NCBI GenBank assembly: GCA_021107855.1
Contig: JAIORZ010000011.1
Coordinates: forward strand, 7,686 to 71,685
DNA from: an archaeon
GTDB lineage: Archaea; Nanobdellota; Nanobdellia; Pacearchaeales; GW2011-AR1
Direction: 5' to 3'
DNA length: 64,000 nucleotides
The notes under the pieces were generated by a model. The model saw only the letters and a list, made by a program, of their open reading frames with translations, was not told the origin of the DNA and searched no databases. Below, piece after piece: positions 16,953-25,788 of this stretch. The position numbers and the translations under genes are program-made. How positions within the stretch are numbered: the first letter of the stretch is position 1; each line of letters begins with the position of its first letter.

Positions 16953-17354
16953 ATGTGTATTTTTTGGTATATGTTTTTTTATAAAGGGGAGATAGATGGA
17001 GGGTTAATGGAAGTCATAGAAGAAATTGTTGGGATTTCCTTAATGGAGTTGGAAAAGAGTCCGGGTGCTTTTGAGTTTGAGAAGAGAGTTAAGCGTGGTA
17101 TTTTTAAGGTGTTGGGGAAAGGTGGGTTTGTGGATGTTTCTTCTGGGATGGTTGAGAAATATTTTAGGGCGACTTATTGGGAGTTGTTTTGTAATGGTAG
17201 TGATTTGGCTAGGCATGTGCAGGCGAGGAAGTATGGGGATAGGAATCGGGTTGAATTAATGAAGGTTTATGGAGAGGAAGATATTAGAAGTCTTGGTGAG
17301 GTCGTTTTGAGAAAGTATGGCTCTGGTGTTTCTAATTATTTAGGTCGTGATTGA
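16953..17354 (+). CDS. hypothetical protein (start uncertain)
   Basis: 133-aa ORF with the usual G+T-rich composition of + strand genes. No motif recognised. Confidence 0.35.
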   Translation: MCIFWYMFFYKGEIDGGLMEVIEEIVGISLMELEKSPGAFEFEKRVKRGIFKVLGKGGFVDVSSGMVEKYFRATYWELFCNGSDLARHVQARKYGDRNRVELMKVYGEEDIRSLGEVVLRKYGSGVSNYLGRD

Positions 17355-17392
17355 TTAGATATGTTTAAAATATTATTTTGTTGGGTCTTTTT

Positions 17393-18166
17393 ATGGAAAT
17401 TGTAAGTGTGCCGCGAATTAATGGACTTGGAAAGAGCGGTCCGGAGAAGATGGTGGGGGCTGTTTTAGGTGAGCTTGGGATTAAGGATGCTTTGGAGATT
17501 AAAGTTGGGAATGAGGATATCTATGAAGACGAGGAGAGGATTTATTTGGAGAGTAGAAAAATTTTTGAGGGGAACGAACAAGCTTGTTTTATTGGGGGTG
17601 ACCATTCTATTAGTTATCCGATTTTTAGGGCGTTTAGTAAAGAAAACCGGGAACCTTTTTTGATTGTGTTTGATGCACATGCGGATTGTATGCCACCGAT
17701 GAAGGAGCCTACACATGAGGAGTTTTTGAGGGGTTTGATTGAAGGGGGATTCGTTGAGGGTGAGAATGTTATTTTGATTGGGGCGAGGAAGGTTGAAGAC
17801 GAGGAAAGGAGATTTTTGAGAGAGAAAGGGGTTAAGGTTTTTGGCGAGGTTTATGATGTGGAGGCTGTGGCGGATTATGTTAGTGAGCGGGCGCTTGGGA
17901 AAGATGTTTATGTTTCGGTTGATTTGGATGTTTTAGACCCGGCGTTTGCGCCTGGGGTTAATTGCCCGGAACCGAATGGCTTGTTGTCAAAGGAATTGTT
18001 TTATTTATTGAGGAGGATTTTTGTGGTTAGGGGGGTGAAGTGTCTGGATGTTGTTGAAGTTTGTGTTGATAAAGATAAGAGGTATGATTTTAGGACGGTG
18101 AAGGTTGCGGCGAAGATTGTTGAGGAATTTTGTGGGAAGGATAGATATATAAGAAAGAAAGTATAG
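17393..18166 (+). CDS. arginase/agmatinase family ureohydrolase
   Basis: GGDHSIS, FDAHADC and VSVDLDVLDPAFAPG metal-binding blocks. ATG 17393 is preferred over TTG 17378. Confidence 0.8.
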   Translation: MEIVSVPRINGLGKSGPEKMVGAVLGELGIKDALEIKVGNEDIYEDEERIYLESRKIFEGNEQACFIGGDHSISYPIFRAFSKENREPFLIVFDAHADCMPPMKEPTHEEFLRGLIEGGFVEGENVILIGARKVEDEERRFLREKGVKVFGEVYDVEAVADYVSERALGKDVYVSVDLDVLDPAFAPGVNCPEPNGLLSKELFYLLRRIFVVRGVKCLDVVEVCVDKDKRYDFRTVKVAAKIVEEFCGKDRYIRKKV

Positions 18167-18174
18167 ATATTTTG

Positions 18175-19095
18175 ATGAGAGGGAAGCTGGGGTGGATTCG
18201 GATTTTAGAGGCTACGGTTGCGGTGTTAATTGTGAGTGGGGCTATAATTGCGGTTTATTCTAATCATCCGTCGCGGGGAGAGAGTATTGAGGAGCAGGCT
18301 TATAGTTTACAGAGGCAGATTTTGGATGAGGTTGCTATGGATGAGGGGTTGAGGTTGGCGGTTTTGAATGTTGAGACGGATTTGCCTGGGGATACTAATT
18401 ATGATGAGTTGGATGAGTATGTTGCGGAGAGTATTCCGGATGGGTTTGGTTATTTGCTTCGGATTTGTCTTATGGGAGATGAGAGGGATTTTTGTAAGAT
18501 GGACAAGATGACATTTAGTGCGACTAAGGATTATGATATTTTTGTCGAGGATGTTTTGATTTCTGCGGAGATTGGGAATGGTTCGGGGGAGGAGGTTTAT
18601 TTGCCGAAGAAGGTGAGGTTGTTTTTTTGGGAGGGTGGTTGGCCGGAGGGATTTTGTAGGGATGAGTGTGCTATAGGAGGCCATATTTTAGGTTGTTCTG
18701 CCGATTTGACGCGGGTCGTGAATAGGAGTTGTGTTTACAATGTGACTAGTGGGTGTAATTATTATGATAATCCTGCTGATGTTGAGAGTTGTGAAACGTA
18801 TGAATTTTGTGTTAATGGTGCGTGTGAGGAAAGTGAGTATAAGATATGGAGATGTGAGATGAGAACTGTGATGGTGGATGACTGGACAGATAGTCGTTCT
18901 AATATTCCGTATTTGTGCGCGGCGTATGACGATTGGGCGTGGATAGGGTCCATAGAATGTCCTTGGTATAATTCGGATTGTGATGATCGCCATTATCAGT
19001 GTTATAATATTGATGAAGAAGAGACGGCTTGTGAAGTGGATCCAGCTTGTTCTAATGGATATACTTTAGCTGAGGCTATAGCGTGTATCTCTTAA
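18175..19095 (+). CDS. Cys-rich surface protein with pilin-like N-terminus (hypothetical)
   Basis: N-terminus MRGKLGWIRILEATVAVLIVSGAII, then a Cys-rich extracellular part (CETYEFCVNGACEE). Confidence 0.5.
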   Translation: MRGKLGWIRILEATVAVLIVSGAIIAVYSNHPSRGESIEEQAYSLQRQILDEVAMDEGLRLAVLNVETDLPGDTNYDELDEYVAESIPDGFGYLLRICLMGDERDFCKMDKMTFSATKDYDIFVEDVLISAEIGNGSGEEVYLPKKVRLFFWEGGWPEGFCRDECAIGGHILGCSADLTRVVNRSCVYNVTSGCNYYDNPADVESCETYEFCVNGACEESEYKIWRCEMRTVMVDDWTDSRSNIPYLCAAYDDWAWIGSIECPWYNSDCDDRHYQCYNIDEEETACEVDPACSNGYTLAEAIACIS

Positions 19096-19099
19096 ATAC

Positions 19100-19792
19100 T
19101 TAAGTTTTTGATTTTAGTAGAGATGTAAATTTTACCACTTTATTTTTATCAAATATTTTTTCTAATTGTTTTTCTGTGGCATTAAATATGTTATTTAGTG
19201 ATTTAAATTCTTTTAAAAGATTTTTTGCTAGAGTTGGACCTATCCCTGGGAAGCCTTCTAATATGAATTGTTTTTGTAGCTTTGATGTTTGTTGTGTCTT
19301 GATTTGGCGTATTGCATTTTGTGATTTTTGTTTTTCGTAGCGCTTGGCGGTTAGGATTAGGAATCTTGCAGTGTCTTTTTCATTTTTTGTGTAGATGATT
19401 GGAACTTGGTAATCTGTTGTTATTGAAAGGAGCATGCCTCGGATTGCGTTTTCGTGGACGTTAAATTGATTGTAGTTGTAGTGAAAGTTTTCTAGAATTA
19501 GGAAATGTTTCGAGTATTTTTTTATTTCTAGAAGTTGTTTATGAAGTCTTTTGTCTAACATGGAGCCTATGAAGTCTGGGAAGGTTTTTCGTTCGATGAT
19601 TGTGTCGTTGATTAGGTAGTCGCCGATTTGGAGAAGTTCGTGTTGGATGTTGGCTTTTTGTTCGATGAGATTTGCGGTGATTAGGGATTGTCTTTCTCGG
19701 GTGTCAATGATGATTGGAGTTTTTGGGTTTGGGCAGGGGATGGTTGAGGATAAGGTTTTGGTTTTGGAGAAGATGTTTTCGATTTGTTTCAT
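19100..19792 (-). CDS. XPF/Hef-type ERCC4 nuclease with C-terminal HhH2
   Basis: ERCC4 blocks IIIDTRE, GDYLI and ERKTFPDF; HhH2 LEGFPGIGPTLAKNLL. ATGA overlap with the helicase gene. Confidence 0.8.
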   Translation of the reverse strand: MKQIENIFSKTKTLSSTIPCPNPKTPIIIDTRERQSLITANLIEQKANIQHELLQIGDYLINDTIIERKTFPDFIGSMLDKRLHKQLLEIKKYSKHFLILENFHYNYNQFNVHENAIRGMLLSITTDYQVPIIYTKNEKDTARFLILTAKRYEKQKSQNAIRQIKTQQTSKLQKQFILEGFPGIGPTLAKNLLKEFKSLNNIFNATEKQLEKIFDKNKVVKFTSLLKSKT

Positions 19793-21333
19793 AATAATGT
19801 GTGCTGTGTCTCTTTGGTTGGGTTTTCAAAATCTTTTTTTATTTGTTGGATTGCGGAGTGCATTCTTTTTTCTTTGTGGTGTGCGACATAGTGGAATGTT
19901 TCGTCGAGGGTTTTTTTAGTGATTAGGATTTTTAGTTTTCCTTTTGATAGTCTGGCGGTTCTTCCGGTTCGTTGAATTTTTCGGATTGCGGAAGGGATTG
20001 GTTCGTAAAATATGACCTCGTTTACTTCTGGGATGTCTAGTCCTTCTTCGGCTATTGACGTTGCGACTAGAACATTTATTTCTCCACGTTTAAATTTTTC
20101 TATTATTTCTTTTTGTTCTTTTTGCTTGAGTCCTGTTGTTTTTCCTTTGGCATGATTTTTGATTGCTTGACCGACGAAGTTTTCTGCTTTGATTTGAGGG
20201 AGTTTGTTTAGTTCTTCGGAGATTGTTCTTACGGTTTCTCTAAATTGGGCGAAGATTATGATTTTGGAATTTGGATTTTCTTTAAATTGAGTTTTGATTA
20301 AGTTTTTTAGTTTGTCGAGTTTTGGGTGTTCATGGGTTAGGAGTTGGGCTAAGGAGAATGCCTTTGTAAATTCTGGGGACTTTGTTAATTTCTGGACAGC
20401 TTTTGATTTTTTTTCTGCGGCTTGTTTGAAGAGGTCTTTTAGATATGCGATGAAAGAGGAGATTGTTTGAGTTTCTAGGAGGGTTAGGGCGTGGGATATT
20501 TTTAGTGCGGTTGCTGTGGCTGAGACTGCGAGCATTTTGTTGAGGTCTTTTTTTCTTTTGATTTCTTGCATGAGTCGGCTTTGGGTTTTTAGGAGCATTG
20601 TTTTTGATGGGTGACCAAAGAGGACTCGTCGGTGTTTTAGTTCGGAAATTTTTCTGTTGTAAATTATTTCTAATAAGATTTTTATTTCTAGGAAACTTGG
20701 TGGAAAATCAACTTCTATTTTTTCGAATTCTAGGTCTTGGAGGTAGGGTTTGACGTCGGGGGATTCTCGGGTTCTGATTTCAACTGCGGAAACTCCGAGG
20801 TTATCGCAGACGGTTGAAATTGTTTTTTTGTCGCCACCAGGGGAAGCTGTTAGGGCTAGGACTCGAGGATTGGTTGCTTGCATTTTGTAACGCTGGGCTA
20901 TGTTGTTATAGGCATAATTTTTGAGGCAGCGGTGACATTCGTCTACTACGAGGAGTGAGACTTCGTCTAATTTGTAGAGCTCTTTTCTGATGTCGTTTGC
21001 TATGCATTGAGGAGTCGAGAAAACGAATTCTGCGGTTTCCCATATCTCTTTTCTTTTTGTCGCGGGTGTTTTTCCTGTGAATAATTGCATGTCGGCCCAG
21101 TCTTCGGGGAGATTTTTTTTGAATGAGTCAAAATGTTGTTCGATTAGTGGTTTTGTTGGGGCGAGGATTAGAATTTTTTGAAGAGGGTATTTTTTGAAGC
21201 GTTGGATTGTTAGCATTACAGCTATGAGGGTTTTCCCTGTTCCAGTTGGTAGGATTACGAGGCAGTCTTCTTCTTTGCAAGTTTTATATATTGCGGATTG
21301 ATATTTTCGTGGGGTTAATTTTAGTTCTTCCAT
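19789..21333 (-). CDS. Hef-type SF2 helicase (DEAH box)
   Basis: Walker A PTGTGKT, DECH, helicase C motifs VATSIAEEGLDIP and QRTGRTAR. The layout matches the N-terminal half of archaeal Hef. Confidence 0.8.
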   Translation of the reverse strand: MEELKLTPRKYQSAIYKTCKEEDCLVILPTGTGKTLIAVMLTIQRFKKYPLQKILILAPTKPLIEQHFDSFKKNLPEDWADMQLFTGKTPATKRKEIWETAEFVFSTPQCIANDIRKELYKLDEVSLLVVDECHRCLKNYAYNNIAQRYKMQATNPRVLALTASPGGDKKTISTVCDNLGVSAVEIRTRESPDVKPYLQDLEFEKIEVDFPPSFLEIKILLEIIYNRKISELKHRRVLFGHPSKTMLLKTQSRLMQEIKRKKDLNKMLAVSATATALKISHALTLLETQTISSFIAYLKDLFKQAAEKKSKAVQKLTKSPEFTKAFSLAQLLTHEHPKLDKLKNLIKTQFKENPNSKIIIFAQFRETVRTISEELNKLPQIKAENFVGQAIKNHAKGKTTGLKQKEQKEIIEKFKRGEINVLVATSIAEEGLDIPEVNEVIFYEPIPSAIRKIQRTGRTARLSKGKLKILITKKTLDETFHYVAHHKEKRMHSAIQQIKKDFENPTKETQHTLL

Positions 21334-21350
21334 GATTTTTTAGAAAGAAT

Positions 21351-22292
21351 TTATTTGAGTTTTTGAATATCTTTGAATATCTTCTTTGTTTCTGTTATTG
21401 GGAAGGTTATTAATCTTTTTAATGATGTTCTTTTCTTTTTCTTTTCTTCTTTTCTCTTTGGTATTTTCTTTGCTTTATCGAAATATTTTTTTATTTCGAA
21501 GTATCCGGCCTCAATGATTTTTTTGTAGTTGATAAGCTTGTGTGAATTGAATCCTTTCAAATCGGGTTCGATTAAGATGAGTTTTTTTACTGTGTTTAAT
21601 TTGGCTTCGGTTTGATTTTCGAGATAGTATCTGGATACGCTTTTTAGGATGGCGAATTTTGTTTTGAGGTTGCTGATGAGTCCTTTTTTTGGGTTGTGGT
21701 AGTGGTAGTTTTTGACTTTTCTATTAAGTACATTTATCGCTAGTTTTATATTATTTCCTTTTGCTACTTCGATTGGAAGGTTTGAGCTGACGCATCCGTC
21801 GATATAAATTTCTCCTTTAATTCGTTTTGCAGTAAGGACGCCTGGGATTGCGATTGAGGCTAATATTGCGTCGTAGATTAAAATGTTGTCGTTTTTTGTA
21901 AAGACTTTTTTCTCGCCATTTTTAATGTTTGTTGCGATTATTTTTAGCGGTATTTTTGTTTCGGATATTTTCTTATTTCGAAATATTTCTTTTAGTATAT
22001 CCTTTGCTTTTTTATATTCTATTCTGCCTTGGAAGTATTTTATTTCAAAAAGGTCTCGTGCCTTTAGTCCTTTTAATTTTTCGCTGATTGTTTCTGAGGT
22101 GTTTCCTATTGCGTAGAGTGCTCCGACGACGCTTCCCATAGATGTTCCGATTATTTCTGAAGGTTGAAGTTTTTGTTCTTCTAAAAATTTGATTATTCCG
22201 ATGTGAGCTAATCCTAGCGATGAGCCTCCAGATAAGATTAGGGAGAAGTCTTTTTTTTGTAGGTTGTTTATTTTGAAAAGTTTTTCTGGCAT
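21351..22292 (-). CDS. patatin-like phospholipase
   Basis: GGSSLGLAHIG oxyanion block, GTSMG (GxSxG) and YIDGC (DG) dyad. The start was reset to ATG 22292 (TAATG overlap) because the track N-terminal extension overlaps the upstream gene. Confidence 0.75.
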   Translation of the reverse strand: MPEKLFKINNLQKKDFSLILSGGSSLGLAHIGIIKFLEEQKLQPSEIIGTSMGSVVGALYAIGNTSETISEKLKGLKARDLFEIKYFQGRIEYKKAKDILKEIFRNKKISETKIPLKIIATNIKNGEKKVFTKNDNILIYDAILASIAIPGVLTAKRIKGEIYIDGCVSSNLPIEVAKGNNIKLAINVLNRKVKNYHYHNPKKGLISNLKTKFAILKSVSRYYLENQTEAKLNTVKKLILIEPDLKGFNSHKLINYKKIIEAGYFEIKKYFDKAKKIPKRKEEKKKKRTSLKRLITFPITETKKIFKDIQKLK

Positions 22293-22906
22293 TAGATGAT
22301 TAATCCCCAGCCTAATACTATTGCTGTTATTGTAAATATTGTTATCCAGAGTGCTCGGCTTGCGTAGAAGATTCTTGATCCGTCGAGTCGTCCGAATGGA
22401 ATTATTGACCAGGCGATGAAATAGATTGAGAGTTTTGTGAAGAGTTCGAATCCGATGAGGTATGCCATTAGGGCTGCTATTAGATTTATTACGATTCCCC
22501 ATGTTACTATTAGTGCCATGTGCCATTCGGTGACTTGTGTGAATCGGTATAGCCCGTGTCTTTTCGCAACTCGCTCGGTCTTTGCTTTAATGTCGAATTC
22601 TAAAATCGCGAGCCAGAGAAAGAGTCCTTTTGAAAAGAGTGCTATTAGAAGTGGGAGCCATGCCATCGGAATTGGGTGTTTAAAGTGCATATCTTTTCTG
22701 AATCCGTATTGGGAGAGTGTCCAGAATTTTGTTTTGACGGATGTTTCGAAGTGGTAGCCGACGATTTTTTTTGTTAGGACGTTTAGGATTAAAATTATGG
22801 TGAAACTTAGTAAGGCGGGAAAGAATATTTCGGTATTTTTGAATGCGGTCGCAAGTGCAAGGATTAGGGCTGCAAGGATTATAGTAAAAAGTTCTTTTCC
22901 GTTCAT
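22292..22906 (-). CDS. polytopic membrane protein, site-2-protease (M50)-like but without an evident HExxH
   Basis: About 6 TM helices. C-terminal IIPFGRLDGSRIF resembles the S2P LDG motif. I could not find an HExxH. Confidence 0.35.
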   Translation of the reverse strand: MNGKELFTIILAALILALATAFKNTEIFFPALLSFTIILILNVLTKKIVGYHFETSVKTKFWTLSQYGFRKDMHFKHPIPMAWLPLLIALFSKGLFLWLAILEFDIKAKTERVAKRHGLYRFTQVTEWHMALIVTWGIVINLIAALMAYLIGFELFTKLSIYFIAWSIIPFGRLDGSRIFYASRALWITIFTITAIVLGWGLII

Positions 22907-23008
22907 GCAAGTTAGGGGTTAAAGATTTTTATAAAGTTATCTGGGTTGGTGTGGTTGTATGTTTTAGAACATAGAAATCTATTTAAATGAAAAGTTTGTT
23001 GTTTCCCC

Positions 23009-23314
23009 ATGTTGAAGATAAAGCGCTTGAGTGAAGTCGTCGGAAAGAAGGTATATGCCGATTCTGGAGATTTGTTTGGAATAATTGAAGAGGTTAATTT
23101 GGTTGATAATAAGATTGATGGCTGGAGGATTGTTGTTTCTAGGGATTCTGGAATGATTGAGGTTTTGGGTGGAGCTCGGGGAATTATTGTTCCGCATCAG
23201 TTTATTAAGGCGATTGGAGATGTTGTGATTATTAATAGGAATGCTGTTCCGGTTAGGCAAGAAGAAGAGTTGAGTGGTAGTGATGATTTTGATTCTGAAG
23301 AAGAGTTAATGTAA
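23009..23314 (+). CDS. PRC-barrel domain protein
   Basis: LSEVVGKKVYADSGDLFGIIEEVNLVDNKIDGWRIVV is typical of small archaeal PRC-barrel proteins, followed by an acidic tail. Confidence 0.55.
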   Translation: MLKIKRLSEVVGKKVYADSGDLFGIIEEVNLVDNKIDGWRIVVSRDSGMIEVLGGARGIIVPHQFIKAIGDVVIINRNAVPVRQEEELSGSDDFDSEEELM

Positions 23315-23415
23315 TTTCTATTTTCGCTGTCAATTTTATTGTAAAATTTTTTTTACGTACTCTTGTGCGCCGCAAAAATTTTTACTTCAAAACTTAACTA
23401 CCGAAAATAGAAATT
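23313..23415 (+). repeat. structured repeat family B, copy 2 (A+T-rich, more diverged)
   Basis: Terminal helix aatttctattttcg/cgaaaatagaaatt. The core retains ACGTACtcttGTGCGCCGC and ...CTTAACTA. It starts at the stop codon of the PRC-barrel gene. Confidence 0.65.
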
Positions 23416-23469
23416 GTTTTGAGTGTCAGTATTAGTAATATTTAAATAAGTTTGATTATTTGATTTGAT

Positions 23470-23949
23470 ATGATATTTGAGAATGCGTTTTTTACGGAGA
23501 TGTTGTTACCGTTTTTATTGGTGTTTGTCGTCGTGTTTGCGATTTTGCAGAAGTCGAAGATTTTGGGCGACGGGAAGGCTCAGGTTGATGCGATTGTTAG
23601 TTTAGTTATTGGTCTGATTTTGATTGGAGTTCCGGGACCGCGAGATATCCTCGTCGGGATTATGCCTTGGATGGCGGTTGGTGTCGCAGTGATTTTGGTG
23701 TTTATGATTTTGTATGGTTTTGTCGCGGGGGATTTGAGTGGGAGTAATATGCCCAGTGGTTTGAAGTATACTTTTTTAGGCTTGGCTGCCGTGTTCACTG
23801 TGGGTGTTGTTTTATTTATTAGTGGGATGTGGGATAAGATTTGGGATTCGTTTGGAACGTCGAGTGATATTTGGATGAATATTGTTATGATTGTTTTGGT
23901 TTTAGGTGCGGTTGCTGTTGCGATTTTTAGTGGGAAGAAAGGCAAGTGA
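23470..23949 (+). CDS. 4-TM membrane protein, tandem paralog 1 of 3
   Basis: Shares the N-terminal helix motif VFAILQKSKILG with the next two genes and has a similar size and TM layout. Confidence 0.6.
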   Translation: MIFENAFFTEMLLPFLLVFVVVFAILQKSKILGDGKAQVDAIVSLVIGLILIGVPGPRDILVGIMPWMAVGVAVILVFMILYGFVAGDLSGSNMPSGLKYTFLGLAAVFTVGVVLFISGMWDKIWDSFGTSSDIWMNIVMIVLVLGAVAVAIFSGKKGK

Positions 23950-23990
23950 GAACTGGAAAGATATATAAATATGGATTATTAGATTAGATT

Positions 23991-24500
23991 ATGGTTACAA
24001 CGATTACCGAAGTCTTGAATATCTGGAATGACATGGGTGTTTTTTCATACGTGATTCCGTTTCTGTTGATTTTTGCGGTTGTGTTTGCGATTTTGAAGAA
24101 GACGAAAATTTTAGGGGAGGATAACGACGGTATTCTGGCGATTATTTCGGTTGCATTGGGGCTGTTGTCGTTGCAGTTTGACTTTGTGAGTGAGTTTTAT
24201 GCAGTGATTTTTCCACGGTTTGGGATTGGACTGAGTATTTTTTTAGTGTTGATAATTTTTATTGGATTCTTTTTCCCTGAGGATAAAGATATTGGGAGTA
24301 TGAAATGGATAGGGTATGTTGTTGGTATTGGGGCTGTTATTTGGGCGCTTAGTGATTGGGATGAGTGGAGTAATTATGGTGGATTTGGTGGATGGTTCGG
24401 TGAGAATTTTTGGGCGCTGGTGATTTTAGGTGGTATTATAGCGGTTATTTCTATTGCAGTTAAGGGGAAGGATTCTTCAAAAGGGAAGGGCTCTTCGTAA
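23991..24500 (+). CDS. 4-TM membrane protein, tandem paralog 2 of 3
   Basis: VFAILKKTKILG motif, Trp/Gly-rich loop, C-terminal Lys/Gly/Ser tail. Confidence 0.6.
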   Translation: MVTTITEVLNIWNDMGVFSYVIPFLLIFAVVFAILKKTKILGEDNDGILAIISVALGLLSLQFDFVSEFYAVIFPRFGIGLSIFLVLIIFIGFFFPEDKDIGSMKWIGYVVGIGAVIWALSDWDEWSNYGGFGGWFGENFWALVILGGIIAVISIAVKGKDSSKGKGSS

Positions 24501-24979
24501 TGGCAGTTGCTGATGTTTCGGCGATTGGATATTTTATGCCTATTTTTGCGTTCTTGTTAGTATTTATTGTGATTTATGCTTTACTTGTTAAGACTAAGGT
24601 TTTGGGTGAGAGTCCGGCGGTGATGCTTTTTATTTCGTTTATTCTTTCGAGTTTTTTTATTGTCGAAGCGAGTTTGGTTGATTTTGTGCAATTTAGTTCG
24701 GCTTGGTTTGGGGTGATTGTGATTTCGTTGTTTTTTTTGATTGTGGTTATAGCGTTTATTCCTGATATTGACTTGGCGGCTTTTTTTGGCAAGGGGAACT
24801 GGTTTGCTTGGGTTCTATTGGGGGGCATGCTTTTATTTTTTATTTTTAGCTCGGCTTATGTTTTTAATTGGGTTGTGAATTGGGGGATGCTTAAGGACTG
24901 GTTTGATAGTGATTGGTTTGGGATGGGTTTGTTATTAGTTATCGCAGGGGTCGTGTCTTTTGTATTGACAAAAAAATAA
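24500..24979 (+). CDS. 4-TM membrane protein, tandem paralog 3 of 3
   Basis: IYALLVKTKVLG motif. TAATG overlap with paralog 2. Confidence 0.6.
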   Translation: MAVADVSAIGYFMPIFAFLLVFIVIYALLVKTKVLGESPAVMLFISFILSSFFIVEASLVDFVQFSSAWFGVIVISLFFLIVVIAFIPDIDLAAFFGKGNWFAWVLLGGMLLFFIFSSAYVFNWVVNWGMLKDWFDSDWFGMGLLLVIAGVVSFVLTKK

Positions 24980-25675
24980 TTATTTAGAAAGTTTTTTCAT
25001 TTCCTTGACGTTATCGATTAAGGGGTCCATTAATTTTGAGACTGTTCCGTGAAGGTTGTCGAGGTCTTTGTGTATCATTGCGGAGGATTCCCCGAATTCT
25101 GCCATTTTTCCTATGACTGCCTGTTGGAGTTGTTGAATTGAGTTTTCGATTCGTTTTAGGCGGTCGTCCATATTATCAACTTTATCTTGAATCTGGTTTT
25201 TGAATGAAACCATGTCGCCGACTTTTGTTTTATAATTTTCTAATTTTTCGGTTGCTACTTGTTCTGCAATTTCGGAGATTGTTTCGGTGTCCATGGATCC
25301 TTGTGGTGCGTAGTAGTCTTGTTCAGAATATGCTTGTGGTGTTGGTTGATAGTAGTCTTCTTCTTGTTGTGGCGGTGCTGGCTGGGCATATTCTTCTTGT
25401 TGAGGTTGTGGCGGTGCGGGTACCGGTGGTTGTGCCGCGGGCTGCTGTTCTGGTTCTCCTGGCATCATGGAAGCTTGCATCCCTTGTGGAGGTGGTGCGC
25501 TTGGCATTCCTTGTGCTGGTTGTTCTGGAGGCGATACGGCTTGTTTTATTTTAGCTTGACTGAGTGCATCGTTGATTTCTGCGGGAGAAATTCCTTCGTT
25601 TTGGAGTTGTGTTGTTATTTCAGCTTCAGATTTATTTTGTTGTTGCATTTCTGTTATTCGATCGAGAGTTGCCAT
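24980..25675 (-). CDS. hypothetical protein: small helical N-domain, Pro/Gln-rich linker, C-terminal coiled coil
   Basis: Start reset to ATG 25675 (MATLDRITEM); the track extension to 25741 runs through repeat A. The composition-biased PQ linker spans roughly 25300-25520. Confidence 0.55.
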   Translation of the reverse strand: MATLDRITEMQQQNKSEAEITTQLQNEGISPAEINDALSQAKIKQAVSPPEQPAQGMPSAPPPQGMQASMMPGEPEQQPAAQPPVPAPPQPQQEEYAQPAPPQQEEDYYQPTPQAYSEQDYYAPQGSMDTETISEIAEQVATEKLENYKTKVGDMVSFKNQIQDKVDNMDDRLKRIENSIQQLQQAVIGKMAEFGESSAMIHKDLDNLHGTVSKLMDPLIDNVKEMKKLSK

Positions 25676-25787
25676 GATTTCTTTCTCTTTAGAAAAGAGA
25701 AATTTCTCTTCCACCCAAATGGCGTACCTCTGTTGAGGCAAAGTAGAGAAACTTAATTTCCAAAACTGCGTTTTGATTTAATTCCAT
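25676..25787 (-). repeat. intergenic repeat family A, copy 2 (with a net 30-nt internal insertion)
   Basis: Same ends as copies 1 and 3. The mini-ORF (25787-25689) is 32 codons long because the insertion at about 25709-25742 is in frame. Confidence 0.85.
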
Positions 25788-25788
25788 G

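Noticed and set aside
21334-21350. Weak resemblance of the spacer after the Hef helicase start (gattttttagaaagaattta) to the 5' part of repeat A (gatttctttctctttagaaaagagaaattt).
   Set aside because: It is too short and gapped to tell from chance in A/T-rich spacer, and it lacks the conserved ccaaaactgcgttttgattt half.
25204-25756. + strand ORFs 25204-25554 and 25259-25756 (Leu/Val/Cys/Trp-rich).
   Set aside because: They are antisense to the Pro/Gln-rich coiled-coil gene 24980-25675 and run through repeat A. Their composition is the mirror of the real gene.
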